Below, one piece after another: positions 50,472-59,587 of a DNA stretch of 64,000 bases. The notes under the pieces were generated by a model. It ran no database searches. It saw only the letters and a list, made by a program, of their open reading frames with translations, and was not told the origin of the DNA. Positions within the stretch are counted from its first letter, which is position 1, and each line of letters opens with the position of its first letter. The stretch is from NCBI GenBank assembly GCA_963737265.1, contig CAVTRY010000022.1, positions 32,001 to 96,000 on the forward strand, read 5' to 3'. A program made the position numbers and the translations under genes. Origin of the DNA: an uncultured delta proteobacterium. Lineage in GTDB: Bacteria; Myxococcota_A; Polyangia; Fen-1088.

Positions 50472-51242
50472 ATGCAGAAAGTACTTGGCTTGCTTATATG
50501 TTGCCTGGCCGTGGGGCGCGTCGCTCGGGCCGAGGATGCGGGCCAGGACTCACGCGTGGGCGAGGCGAAAGCAGCTTGTGTGGCGGGCGACGTCCAGAAG
50601 GGCGTTCGACTTTTGGCCGAGCTGTACATGGCGTCGGGCGACTCGATCTGGATCTTCAACCAGGGACGTTGCTATCACCAGAACGCTCAGCCTGCCCTCG
50701 CCTTATCCAGATTCAAGGAATTTTTGCGCAAGAGTCAAGGCGCTCTCGATGAAGATATCACGGACGCGAAGAAATACATCGCTGAAATCGAAGCCGATCA
50801 GCAACGGGAGCAGCCGGCTAGCGGGGCCGCGTCGACCGCGACAGCACCAGTGCCCGGCACCTCTGCGCAGGCCATCCCGCGCGAGCCCCGACGCGGCCTG
50901 CGCAACACCGGACTCGGAGTTGGCATTTTCGGGGGCGCGGCCTTGGTCACCGGGGCCGTGTTCACGCTGCTCGTGAAGCAGACGGCAAGCGACGTCGAGA
51001 ATCAGACCAAGAACGATGTGGTCGCGGCGTCCGCGGTCAGCGGAAAGCTCGCGGACGGTCGTCGTTACGAGACCCTGCAGTGGATTTCGTATGGGGTGGG
51101 CGCAGCGGCTGTTGCCGCTGGAGGCGTGCTTTACTGGATGGGATCGACATCCACCGCGCACAAACCTCAGGCAACATCGACGTATGCCTTTCCCGTCTTC
51201 ATGGCCAACGGCGCGGGCGCCGGTCTGAACATGGCTTTCTAG
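50472..51242 (+). CDS. Secreted TPR-like protein with C-terminal membrane segments
   Basis: Signal peptide; IFNQGRCY TPR; two hydrophobic helices; terminal GAGLNMAF. Same architecture class as 10704-11861 but without PEGA. Confidence 0.75.
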   Translation: MQKVLGLLICCLAVGRVARAEDAGQDSRVGEAKAACVAGDVQKGVRLLAELYMASGDSIWIFNQGRCYHQNAQPALALSRFKEFLRKSQGALDEDITDAKKYIAEIEADQQREQPASGAASTATAPVPGTSAQAIPREPRRGLRNTGLGVGIFGGAALVTGAVFTLLVKQTASDVENQTKNDVVAASAVSGKLADGRRYETLQWISYGVGAAAVAAGGVLYWMGSTSTAHKPQATSTYAFPVFMANGAGAGLNMAF

Positions 51243-51254
51243 TCGCGTTTTCCC

Positions 51255-54200
51255 ATGAGGATGACCATGCCCAGATTTCAGGTTCGCTGGCTGGCGTTCG
51301 CGGGCTTCGCGTACGCTCTTGCCGGTTGCAGCTTTTCGCCAAACATTCCGAATGGCCACATCAGCTGCCAAACACAGGCTGATTGTCCATCCGGCTACAC
51401 CTGTGAGCAGGTCCAGTTTCCGAAGACTGTTGCGCAGCCTCCATTGGTCAGAGTGTGCTGCAAGGGTACGGCCTGTGGGGCCAACCTCCCTCAGGACGTA
51501 ATCTCGAAGCTTCTATCTCTCGACGGTGGCAACGATGGTCCGACGACCACCGACGTCGCTCGCGCCGGGGACGGCAGCTCCGATGCCATCGGCAATGCCC
51601 GTCCGGACGCACGTTCAATTGACGAGGCAGTCGATGTTCCGCAGACTCAAATTCCAGATGCGCCCTATGCCGGCGAGGTTACCACTTCCAACGGAGGCCA
51701 AGGTGGGACCTCGGTCGGAGCCCAAGGGGGCAACACGACGGGCGGCGCAGGAATCTCAGCGGGCGGGAGTTCTGTGGGCGGCGGGCCTCAGGGTGGCACA
51801 ACCGGCGCAGGCGGTTTCCCAGCGGTGGGCAATCCAGCAGGGGGCAATTCGCTCGCTGGCAGCCTTGCCGGCGCAAACCCGGCCGGTGGCAATCCGGCGG
51901 CGGGAAATCCCGCGGCTGGTGGTTCTGCCGGCGGCGGGCCTCAGGGTGGCATTACCGGCGCGGGCGGTTCCCCGGGAGCGGGCAATTCAGCAGGAGGCAA
52001 TTCGCTCGCGGGCAGTCTTGCCGGCGGAAACCCAGCTGGTGGCAACCCGACGGCGGGAAATCCCGCGGCTGGCGGCTCTGCCGGCGGCAGCCCCGCGGGT
52101 GGGATCCCAGATGGTGGCGCTAGTGGCGGAACCACTGGCGGCGGAGCCGGAGGGGCCACGGTCGTCATCGATGACCCCACCTGCTCCTCCTTCACCGTTC
52201 CAAGGACCGTCAAACTGACACCGCAGGATCCGGGGGCCGCGACGAAGCTGGTGCTAATGTCCCAGAACGACAAGATCACCATGTTGTCTGGCGACAAGGT
52301 CGTCAATTGGAGTGGCGACACCGCATTCCGCTCCCTCGGCGTTGCTAGCGCAGGCGTCACGGACTTCCCCATGCGCGATGGACCGCGCGGCGTGCGCAAT
52401 ATCAATGGCGAGATCGGCACCACGTGGGCCGTTGCCGAGGCGCGCGCGGCTTCCTTCGATCTGGACCTCGAATACCAGGTCGGCAAGTACCAGGGGCTGG
52501 ACATGCGCGCGGCGAAAGACGATCTCGCGCTCGCGCCTACGGTCAACCTGCTTCGCCACCCGCGCTGGGCGCGCGCCCAGGAAACCTATGGCGAGGATCC
52601 CGTATTGCAAGGCGAGATGGGTGCTGCCTACGTGCGAGGAATGCAGCAGGAGGGCAACACCGCCGCTTGCCCCAAGCACTTCGTTGGCAACGACACCGAC
52701 AATAATCGCGGCACCGCCGACCCCATTTACGACGAACAGACCCTGCGCGAGAACTACACGCGGCCTTTCGAGATCGTGGTCAAGAAGGGAGATCCGGCGT
52801 GCATCATGGCGGCCTATAACCTGGTCAACGACACGCACTGCACGGAAAACAAGCATATCCTGACCGATATTCTGCGTACCGACTGGGGCTGGGCCGGTTT
52901 CGTGGTGAGCGACTGGGATGCGACGGTGGTCGGCCACGGCGCCGCGTCGATAAACGCGGGCCTCGATCTCGAAATGCCGAATCCCCAGGCGTTCACCACC
53001 CTCGCTGGCGACTTGGCCGCAGGAAACACTACCACCGCCACGCTCAACCAGTCCGTCCTGCGCATTCTCAACGCGCGCATCAAGCTCAATGACTTCGATC
53101 CCGCCTACGAGGCCGCCACGAAGACGTCCGGCCATGCCTCCGACACGGCGAACGTCAATCTCGCGGAACGAACCGAGCTGGAGGGCGCGGTTCTGCTCAA
53201 GAACGACGGCATTCTCCCGCTCGGAGCCACGGCGACCGTGGTCGGCAGCGGGACTCCTAACGTCAAGACCATCGCCATCGTCGGCCCCGACAACAACCTG
53301 CCCGTCATGCCGCAAAACGGCGTTGCCGGATCGGTCTCGGGGCTGGGTGATCGCGGAACCAGTCAGACCTCGCCGCCGCACGTGGTTTCCTACTACCAGG
53401 GCTTGACGAACCACGGTGGCGTCGTGATCAACCAAAGCGCGGACTCCTCCGCGGCGGCAGGGGCGGACGTGGTCATCATTCCGGTCTCGATGGCTCACGA
53501 GGATGAGGGCGAGGCTTACGGTGGGGGCGCCGACCGCCAGAACATGAACTTGACCACGATCCACCCCCTGCACTGGACCACGAAACCGACAGCCTTCATC
53601 GCGAGCGTCGCCGCCATCAACCCGAACGTCATCGTGCTGCTCAACGTGGGTAGCGCCGTCATCGTCGAGGACTGGATGGCCAGCGCCAAGGCTATCATCC
53701 AGACCTTCTATCCCGGGCAGGAAGGCGGAACCGCCCTGGCGACGCTGCTGTTTGGCGACACCAATTTCTCGGGCAAGCTCCCCTTCACGGTCGGACAGAA
53801 CGAAGCCGACTATCCGCAGTTCCAGAACAGCGGCGGGGCAGCGACGACCATCGACTACTACCACGGCTACCGCTTGTTCGAAAAGAACGCCAAGCCGGTG
53901 CGCTACTGGTTCGGCTACGGCATGAGCTACACGACCTACAAGTACAGCAATCTACAGGTGCAGTGCTCGAAGGTTTCGCCAAACGGTCGCCTCAATGTTC
54001 AGGTCACGGTCCAGAACACCGGCGCGGTTGCCGGGGACGAGATCGTTCAGCTCTACATCGGCTATCCGAACAGCAAGGCGCCCAAGCGGCCGGTCAAGGA
54101 GCTCAAAGCCTTCACGCGGGTTACGCTCGCTCCTGGCGCGAGCCAGAACGTCCAGCTCTCCGTGCCCGCGACGGACACAGCCTATTGGGATGTAACCAAG

Positions 54201-54296
54201 AATGCCTGGACGGTCGAGTCGGTGGCACACACGGTTCTGGTGGGGCCGAGCGCCGATCCAACTCAGCTTTTGTCAGCATCCTTCACGATCCAGTAG
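51255..54296 (+). CDS. GH3 beta-glucosidase lipoprotein (paralog 2) with Cys-rich N-domain and repeated Gly-rich linker
   Basis: Lipobox LAGC; CQTQADCPSGYTC; catalytic part nearly identical to 44134-46722. Confidence 0.93.
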   Translation: MRMTMPRFQVRWLAFAGFAYALAGCSFSPNIPNGHISCQTQADCPSGYTCEQVQFPKTVAQPPLVRVCCKGTACGANLPQDVISKLLSLDGGNDGPTTTDVARAGDGSSDAIGNARPDARSIDEAVDVPQTQIPDAPYAGEVTTSNGGQGGTSVGAQGGNTTGGAGISAGGSSVGGGPQGGTTGAGGFPAVGNPAGGNSLAGSLAGANPAGGNPAAGNPAAGGSAGGGPQGGITGAGGSPGAGNSAGGNSLAGSLAGGNPAGGNPTAGNPAAGGSAGGSPAGGIPDGGASGGTTGGGAGGATVVIDDPTCSSFTVPRTVKLTPQDPGAATKLVLMSQNDKITMLSGDKVVNWSGDTAFRSLGVASAGVTDFPMRDGPRGVRNINGEIGTTWAVAEARAASFDLDLEYQVGKYQGLDMRAAKDDLALAPTVNLLRHPRWARAQETYGEDPVLQGEMGAAYVRGMQQEGNTAACPKHFVGNDTDNNRGTADPIYDEQTLRENYTRPFEIVVKKGDPACIMAAYNLVNDTHCTENKHILTDILRTDWGWAGFVVSDWDATVVGHGAASINAGLDLEMPNPQAFTTLAGDLAAGNTTTATLNQSVLRILNARIKLNDFDPAYEAATKTSGHASDTANVNLAERTELEGAVLLKNDGILPLGATATVVGSGTPNVKTIAIVGPDNNLPVMPQNGVAGSVSGLGDRGTSQTSPPHVVSYYQGLTNHGGVVINQSADSSAAAGADVVIIPVSMAHEDEGEAYGGGADRQNMNLTTIHPLHWTTKPTAFIASVAAINPNVIVLLNVGSAVIVEDWMASAKAIIQTFYPGQEGGTALATLLFGDTNFSGKLPFTVGQNEADYPQFQNSGGAATTIDYYHGYRLFEKNAKPVRYWFGYGMSYTTYKYSNLQVQCSKVSPNGRLNVQVTVQNTGAVAGDEIVQLYIGYPNSKAPKRPVKELKAFTRVTLAPGASQNVQLSVPATDTAYWDVTKNAWTVESVAHTVLVGPSADPTQLLSASFTIQ
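51777..52085 (+). repeat. Two 153-bp in-frame tandem units in the Gly-rich linker
   Basis: GGGPQGG.TGAGG.P..GN.AGGNSLAGSLAG.NPAGGNP.AGNPAAGGSA starts at 51777 and again at 51930. Confidence 0.8.
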
Positions 54297-54346
54297 AAGG
54301 CCCGTCCCGCGCCAAGGTGCGGAAGTGGTGCACGAGTGCTGTCAGG

Positions 54347-54397
54347 TTGGAAGGCGGCGACCGCCAAGCTGAGAGGATCGGCTGCTGGCGGGCTGCC
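54347..54397. repeat. 51-bp perfect direct repeat of 56484-56534
   Basis: TTGGAAGGCGGCGACCGCCAAGCTGAGAGGATCGGCTGCTGGCGGGCTGCC occurs at both sites. Confidence 0.9.
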
Positions 54398-54468
54398 ATG
54401 GGCAGCTCGGCCTGCGTGGGCGATGCACATCAGTTAGCTGGAAGCCCACAGTCGGCGACAAAATTCCG

Positions 54469-54825
54469 CTAAACGTGTTCCAACGCTTCAACGACGAAAT
54501 GATTCAAGCTTTCGCCTCTAGCCATCGCCTTCAGCGCTAGTTTCCTGTGCGTTGCGGGTGCGATCCTGACCACGAATTTGCCACTGTATTCCCGGCCTAG
54601 CTGACTCGCTGGTTCGGGCATCTTCTTGTCGAGCACATCTTGCGCGAGGTCTTCGACGATGGTCGCCAGTTGCGCGGCCACTTCCATCTCGGTATCCCCG
54701 TGACAGCACTGGCCGACCAGAGGCGGAGCGCTGCCCACGTAGCAGCGATCTTCCTCGCTCCACTCGATGATGCGAGGGTAGCGCGCCACCAGACGACGGA
54801 TCTCCTCTTTACGCTTCGTGCTCAT
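54469..54825 (-). CDS. hicB: HicB-family antitoxin
   Basis: IEWSEEDRCYVG, CCHGDT, YSGKFVVRI, ESLN; start overlaps the hicA stop. Confidence 0.9.
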   Translation of the reverse strand: MSTKRKEEIRRLVARYPRIIEWSEEDRCYVGSAPPLVGQCCHGDTEMEVAAQLATIVEDLAQDVLDKKMPEPASQLGREYSGKFVVRIAPATHRKLALKAMARGESLNHFVVEALEHV

Positions 54826-55019
54826 TTTTGCCCCTTCTTGATGATGCTGCGGACCTGCTTTTCTTGATACCGTCGGGCGTCGTCGCCGTCCTGTCCCGAG
54901 AGAATCACCGTGGCACCATCCTTCGGATGCCGAAACTTGCGATGACTTCCACGCGCGGTTTCCTGGAGGAAACCGGCGCGCTTCAGCTCGGCTATCAGCT
55001 CCCGAAGTTTCCGCGGCAC
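54822..55019 (-). CDS. hicA: HicA-family mRNA interferase toxin
   Basis: MPRKLRELIAELKRAGF...RGSHRKFRHP...YQEKQV. Confidence 0.92.
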   Translation of the reverse strand: MPRKLRELIAELKRAGFLQETARGSHRKFRHPKDGATVILSGQDGDDARRYQEKQVRSIIKKGQK

Positions 55020-55026
55020 AAATTGA

Positions 55027-55057
55027 TAGTATCACAAATAGTATCACACTGATACTA
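55027..55057. promoter_or_regulatory. Putative hicAB operator
   Basis: TAGTATCA-caaa-TAGTATCA-cac-TGATACTA (direct plus inverted octamers) immediately upstream of hicA. Confidence 0.6.
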
Positions 55058-55103
55058 CAATTTCAAGGCGCAACGACCACCAGAAGCGCGGGCTGCCGGC
55101 TAC

Positions 55104-55681
55104 GGGTGCCTCCCTGAAACGGGGGCCCCAGCCGGGGGCTCGGTGAGGTAGCAACTTCTGGCGGAGTGCCGCCGAAAACGCAGATATGGAACAGCGAGGA
55201 ACGGAGAAACAGAGACAGGATGACTTTACTGGGCAAATTATCGCCGCCTGCATCGAAGTCCACCGTCACCTCGGTCCCGGGCTGCTTGAGTCGGCCTACG
55301 AGCACTGCCTGGCGCGCGAGCTAGGCCTGCGTGGATTTCGCACGCAACGTCAGGTCGCGATTCCTCCGCAGTACAAAGGCATTGACCTCGACTGCGGCTA
55401 TCGCCTCGACCTCATGGTGGAAGGCCGTTTGGTCGTCGAAGTCAAGGCGGTAGAGCAGTTGCTTCCTGTCCACTTGGCACAGGTCATTACCTATCTCAAG
55501 CTCCTACGACTGCCGGTGGGCCTGCTCGTCAATTTCCACGTCCCCGTACTTCGCGAGGGTCTCCGCCGCCTCTCAACCCAACCCGTGATCCCTCTGGTCC
55601 TCCGTTCCTCCCTGTTTTTCCCTCCGATCCCACCTGCGCGGGGCGAGGTGAAGCCCCAGCCCCCATTTCAGGGAAGCACCC
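55104..55681 (+). mobile_element. GxxExxY-carrying TIR element, copy 4 (578 bp)
   Basis: Same TIRs; 9-bp duplication GCCGGCTAC at 55095-55103 and 55682-55690. Confidence 0.92.
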
Positions 55682-55701
55682 GCCGGCTACCAGGAGATTG
55701 A
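55186..55701 (+). CDS. GxxExxY protein (PD-(D/E)XK nuclease fold); only copy with an uninterrupted core
   Basis: IEVHRHLGPGLLESAYE, GYRLDLMVE, VVEVKAV, AQVITYLK, GLLVNF; ORF reads through the right TIR. Confidence 0.88.
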   Translation: MEQRGTEKQRQDDFTGQIIAACIEVHRHLGPGLLESAYEHCLARELGLRGFRTQRQVAIPPQYKGIDLDCGYRLDLMVEGRLVVEVKAVEQLLPVHLAQVITYLKLLRLPVGLLVNFHVPVLREGLRRLSTQPVIPLVLRSSLFFPPIPPARGEVKPQPPFQGSTRRLPGD

Positions 55702-55732
55702 CCTTCGAGGTAGGAAAGACTACTCTCAAGGT

Positions 55733-55972
55733 ATGAAATCCGCGATTTCGGAGAAAGGCCAGGTTACCATCCCGAAGTCGGTGCGGGATCGTCTGGGTCT
55801 CCGTCCGGGAACCTTGATCGAGTTTCGAGCCGAGAACGGCCGACTGGTTGGGGCCAAGTCCGTTCCCGAGGACGCTTTCCGCAAGTGGCGAGGCCGAGGT
55901 CACTTGCCTGGCGGAATGACCGTCGACACGTACCTTGCTCGGGCGAGGGGCACGGGTGCGCACGGCGGTTGA
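55733..55972 (+). CDS. AbrB/MazE-family antitoxin
   Basis: ISEKGQVTIPKSVRDRLGLRPG. Confidence 0.9.
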   Translation: MKSAISEKGQVTIPKSVRDRLGLRPGTLIEFRAENGRLVGAKSVPEDAFRKWRGRGHLPGGMTVDTYLARARGTGAHGG

Positions 55973-56369
55973 CAGCAGTGTTCTCCTCGATGTCCTGATC
56001 GCCGATCCACGCTTCGTGGAGTCATCCGAGCAGAGCCTGCGGCATGCTGCGGGCGAAGGCGCGCTGTTGCTGTGCGAATGCGTGCTGGCCGAGATCACGC
56101 CCGTGGTGGGAGCACCCGCCATCGACGAATTCCTGGCAGACTGGAACCTTGCCTTCGTACCGTCCACCATCGAGAGCGCTAAGCTTGCGGGCGACATGTA
56201 CCACAGCTACTTGCGACGCAGCACCCGACCGGCCCAGCGGGTGGTTCCGGACTTTCTCATCGGTGCCCACGCCGTGTGCCTGGCCGATCGGCTGCTGGCC
56301 AGGGATCGCGGCTACTACCGAGACTATTTCAAACGGCTCCGCGTGGTCGAACCCCAGGTGCGGCGCTAG
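55956..56369 (+). CDS. vapC: VapC-family PIN toxin
   Basis: TAVDSSVLLDV, VLAEI, VPDFLIGAHA, LLARDRGYY. Confidence 0.88.
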   Translation: MRTAVDSSVLLDVLIADPRFVESSEQSLRHAAGEGALLLCECVLAEITPVVGAPAIDEFLADWNLAFVPSTIESAKLAGDMYHSYLRRSTRPAQRVVPDFLIGAHAVCLADRLLARDRGYYRDYFKRLRVVEPQVRR

Positions 56370-56402
56370 CGCGCACCTGCTGGCTGCGGCTTTCGTCGCC
56401 CG

Positions 56403-57128
56403 TCAGGTACCGCCGTGAGCCTCGATTAGCTTGCAGCGCGTATCGTCGTCGATCACTCCGGTGACCTCCAAGCCCATGTCTTCTTGGAAGGCGGCGACCG
56501 CCAAGCTGAGAGGATCGGCTGCTGGCGGGCTGCCGTCATCGGCCCCGTTAGCACCCGTTGCATCCGTTGCGGCGTCTTCGCCCTGGCCGGCGTGGTAGCC
56601 GAGATTGGTGAGGCGCTGGCGCACGCCTTCGTCGGTTTCGGGTGCGAACAGGGCGCCGAGATCGAGATCCCAGACGTTGCGAATTCCCGTCTTGTCGCCA
56701 GCGTCCCAGATAACCAGTTGTGCCGCGGTTAATTTCACGGGAATTTTGCACTCGACGCGGCCGTCGCCAGTGGTGCTTCCTTCAATGGGCGTATCGAGGC
56801 TGGGCGCACGCAGCTCGAAGGTCTTGCCGGCCAAGGGCTCGCCCTCGCCGTCCTTGACCACGATGTTCAACTTGGAACGCGGCCGAGGAATGACGATGCG
56901 GTGTCGCTTGCCTGTTTCAAGCACGAACACCCTTTGCGCAATCTCGGGAATTGCCACCACGTCGCCGGGGAAAATCGCGCTGGGATGCTTGCGTTTCTGG
57001 CGCAGGTCGGCGTTGTCGGCGTGGTTGTAGATGGCCGCCCAGTCCTCGAACCGGTACTTGGTCGCGATTTGCGACGGGGACTCGCCAGGTTGTACGACGT
57101 GTTTTCCTGCCATCGCCGGTGGTTTCAA
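56403..57128 (-). CDS. LysM + peptidoglycan-binding domain protein
   Basis: HVVQPGESPSQIA...IFPGD (LysM-like); GVRQRLTNLGY...AVAAFQEDMGLEVTG (PG_binding_1). Confidence 0.85.
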   Translation of the reverse strand: MKPPAMAGKHVVQPGESPSQIATKYRFEDWAAIYNHADNADLRQKRKHPSAIFPGDVVAIPEIAQRVFVLETGKRHRIVIPRPRSKLNIVVKDGEGEPLAGKTFELRAPSLDTPIEGSTTGDGRVECKIPVKLTAAQLVIWDAGDKTGIRNVWDLDLGALFAPETDEGVRQRLTNLGYHAGQGEDAATDATGANGADDGSPPAADPLSLAVAAFQEDMGLEVTGVIDDDTRCKLIEAHGGT

Positions 57129-57329
57129 GCGTAATCAATGGGTGGGCGCGCGACAATGGATTTCGCGGCCGGAATTTCGCGGCCATTTCCAATCACCCGT
57201 CCCCGTTTTGCTGTCCCTGTTTTGCTTTCCCCGTTTCGCTTTCCGTTTTGCGCCGTCTTCGTTTAGGCTTCCGGTCTTATGGGCGACTCGGCCACTTTGC
57301 CTTCCACCTTGTCTTCTACCTTTCCTGCG

Positions 57330-57716
57330 GCGTCCTTGCTCGTGGTGCCACGCGATCATGGCGGAACCGTCAGCGGCGTACTGGTCGCGCGCGACAGCGG
57401 CTACCTGGCGGTCGAAGTTTAGTTCCATGGCGATACCGTTGCCGGGCTCGAGGTTCAGTTCTATTTCGCCGACGACGACGGCAAACGCGGTGATGCCATC
57501 GGCGACGTGGTGCTCACCGACGACGACGGCATCGCTCGCGCCGCGCGCGTCGTGCCCGCGGGTCTGTACGTGTGCGCGGTGGAAAACCAGGACGACCTGG
57601 TGGTGCCCACGGTCGCTGATTTCGCCGATGCCTATCCGGTCGTGCTTCCGGTGGGGCGGTCGTACGTCGACCTGAACGACGGCGTCGAGTTCGGTAGCCA
57701 GGACGAGAACGAGGAT
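57330..57716 (+). pseudogene. Disrupted hypothetical gene
   Basis: Frame of ORF 57507-57785 continues upstream (SLLVVPRDHGG...YLAVEV*FHGDTVAGLEVQF) through an in-frame TAG near 57420. Boundaries approximate. Confidence 0.45.
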
Positions 57717-58311
57717 GAATCTATCGTTCTACTTCCTCGCCAACTGGTCACCGCGGCCGGCTCCTGTCAGCAAGGGCACGCGTGAGGAACGTGTGCGCGG
57801 CAACGACCGCTACATGGTGTACGTCCACTCGAAGTTCATGATCGTCGACGACCGCTACTTCATCCTGGGCAGCGCGAACCTGAACGAGCGCAGCCAAAAC
57901 GGCGGTCGCGACAGCGAGATCGCGTGCGGGGTGTGGCCCGGGTACAGCCACGACATCGTGGCCTTGAAGACCATTCGGGACTTTCGGCTCGGTATCTGGA
58001 AGGCCCATTTCGGCCCAGGCATCGCCTCGTCGAACAATCCCGAGTCCGCTGTCTGCGTGTCCTCCGTGCAGGCTATCGGCGACCAGAACTACATGGCCTT
58101 TCGCACGCTAGCCGCGCCCCCGAACGGCCACGCCTGCCGCTGGCCGTACAAGCTCGATGGAAAAGAGCTGACGGTCGCTCCGAGCAGATCATATGGCGTA
58201 TTCGACGGACCTAAGCTGTTGCCCGACAGTCCGACCTTTGGGAAGGGGTGGCAGTGGAATTCACCGGGATCGTGGTTTGTCGAGTTGTTGTTCAGCAGCA
58301 AGGCCGAGTAA
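57715..58311 (+). pseudogene. C-terminal half of a eukaryote-type phospholipase D
   Basis: YVHSKFMIVDD (HxKxxxxD), GSANLNERS, RDSEIA; only one HKD motif, N-terminal half absent. Confidence 0.75.
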
Positions 58312-59544
58312 CTACTTGGAAGCGGGTAGGGGCCTGGGGTGGTATCGCGTCGAGAGCTTCACGAGCCGGCTATCCCTCACGTCGTCTTCCGCGCCCCGAT
58401 TGATGGGCATGTCGGCGAGCCTTTGGCTCGATATCGTCGTATCCCCGGGACGGAAGTAGGGCCGATAGTCTGGCGAAGCGTGGCCAATCACGGCGCCGCT
58501 GATTTGCGTTGCGCCAATCGAGAAGATCATCGTTCTGCGCCCCGTGAACTGCTTTTCGGCGAGCAGCCTTGCCAGTCCGTTGACCCATGCCTGCGCACGC
58601 GCATCGACGGATGCCTTCGCTGGGGCCGGAACTTGCAAGGGAAGAACCGTGTCTCTTGGCATTTTCTCCACGATGTCATTGGCCGTGAGGTAGGCGTCAC
58701 TGTCCGTCTCATCCTTGGCCGTTTTCGGATCCTTTCCGCGGATCACATCCGTCTCCGCGAAAAGAAGCAGGTCTCCGGCGACGGCCAAACTATCGATATC
58801 ATCCGTCGCACGCTCGTCGTAATCGGTTCCACTCGGCCCCCGCGCGAGCTCCGGCGTTCCATCTCCGCCGGGTGTTGTCGTGTGATAGTGCGTCGCCGCC
58901 GGGTCCGTGATGGCCTGAAACCGTTTGTAGGCATGGGCGACTCGGAACAGGGTGCTCACCTTCTCGCGGCCTTCGTTCTTGGCGATGAACATGGCCTGCT
59001 CGCCTGCATCAACGAAAACGGAATTGGCCCAGTACTTGTCGAAGATGAGCGGACTCGGCAGGGTCAGCTCCGGGGTTTTCATCTCGACGCCCTCCACCCA
59101 CAACAAGTCCATCTTGATGAGCGGGGCCGGCTCGCGCTGAGGTCCGCCCAGGCGTTCTTCCACCGCCGCCATCATGCCCAGAATCTGCTCCACCGGCAGA
59201 TCGCTCTTGAACGCCACCGCCTCGGCAAGGAAATCGCGCTTGCGTTCTTGATCGTGATACCACTCGATATCGGACCCGCCGCCGCCGTAGTCGATGACCC
59301 CCGCTGCGGTCAGCAGATCCCTGGCGGCGTTGAGCAGCGCCACGCGGCTGCCCGAGTAGGAACGAAACGCGATAACGAAAGGACGTTGACCCATCTTGTT
59401 CACCGTCTCCATGTGTTTCTGGGCCGAGCCGCAGCCCACTCCAGAGCAGCAGCTTGTCAGCGCCAGCAGTACTTGCATCCCCACCAAAGCCGGGAGGGAC
59501 GACCGGTTTGGTTGGTTCGGAGCGAGCTCACCGCCTCGACGCAT
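58312..59544 (-). CDS. Putative lipoprotein with degenerate HPPK/FolK-like segment
   Basis: Hydrophobic N-region with Cys (LLALTSCCSGVGC); AVEERLG...IKMDLLW...TPELTLPSP recalls the HPPK C-terminal signature. Start uncertain. Confidence 0.5.
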   Translation of the reverse strand: MRRGGELAPNQPNRSSLPALVGMQVLLALTSCCSGVGCGSAQKHMETVNKMGQRPFVIAFRSYSGSRVALLNAARDLLTAAGVIDYGGGGSDIEWYHDQERKRDFLAEAVAFKSDLPVEQILGMMAAVEERLGGPQREPAPLIKMDLLWVEGVEMKTPELTLPSPLIFDKYWANSVFVDAGEQAMFIAKNEGREKVSTLFRVAHAYKRFQAITDPAATHYHTTTPGGDGTPELARGPSGTDYDERATDDIDSLAVAGDLLLFAETDVIRGKDPKTAKDETDSDAYLTANDIVEKMPRDTVLPLQVPAPAKASVDARAQAWVNGLARLLAEKQFTGRRTMIFSIGATQISGAVIGHASPDYRPYFRPGDTTISSQRLADMPINRGAEDDVRDSRLVKLSTRYHPRPLPASK

Positions 59545-59587
59545 GCCCGGACAGTAGCATGCACAAAAGCCTTGTCGATCGACTCGG

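Noticed and set aside
44600-54296. Diversity-generating retroelement TR/VR pair in the GH3 duplicates
   Set aside because: No reverse transcriptase in the window; similarity covers the whole catalytic module and differences are not adenine-specific.
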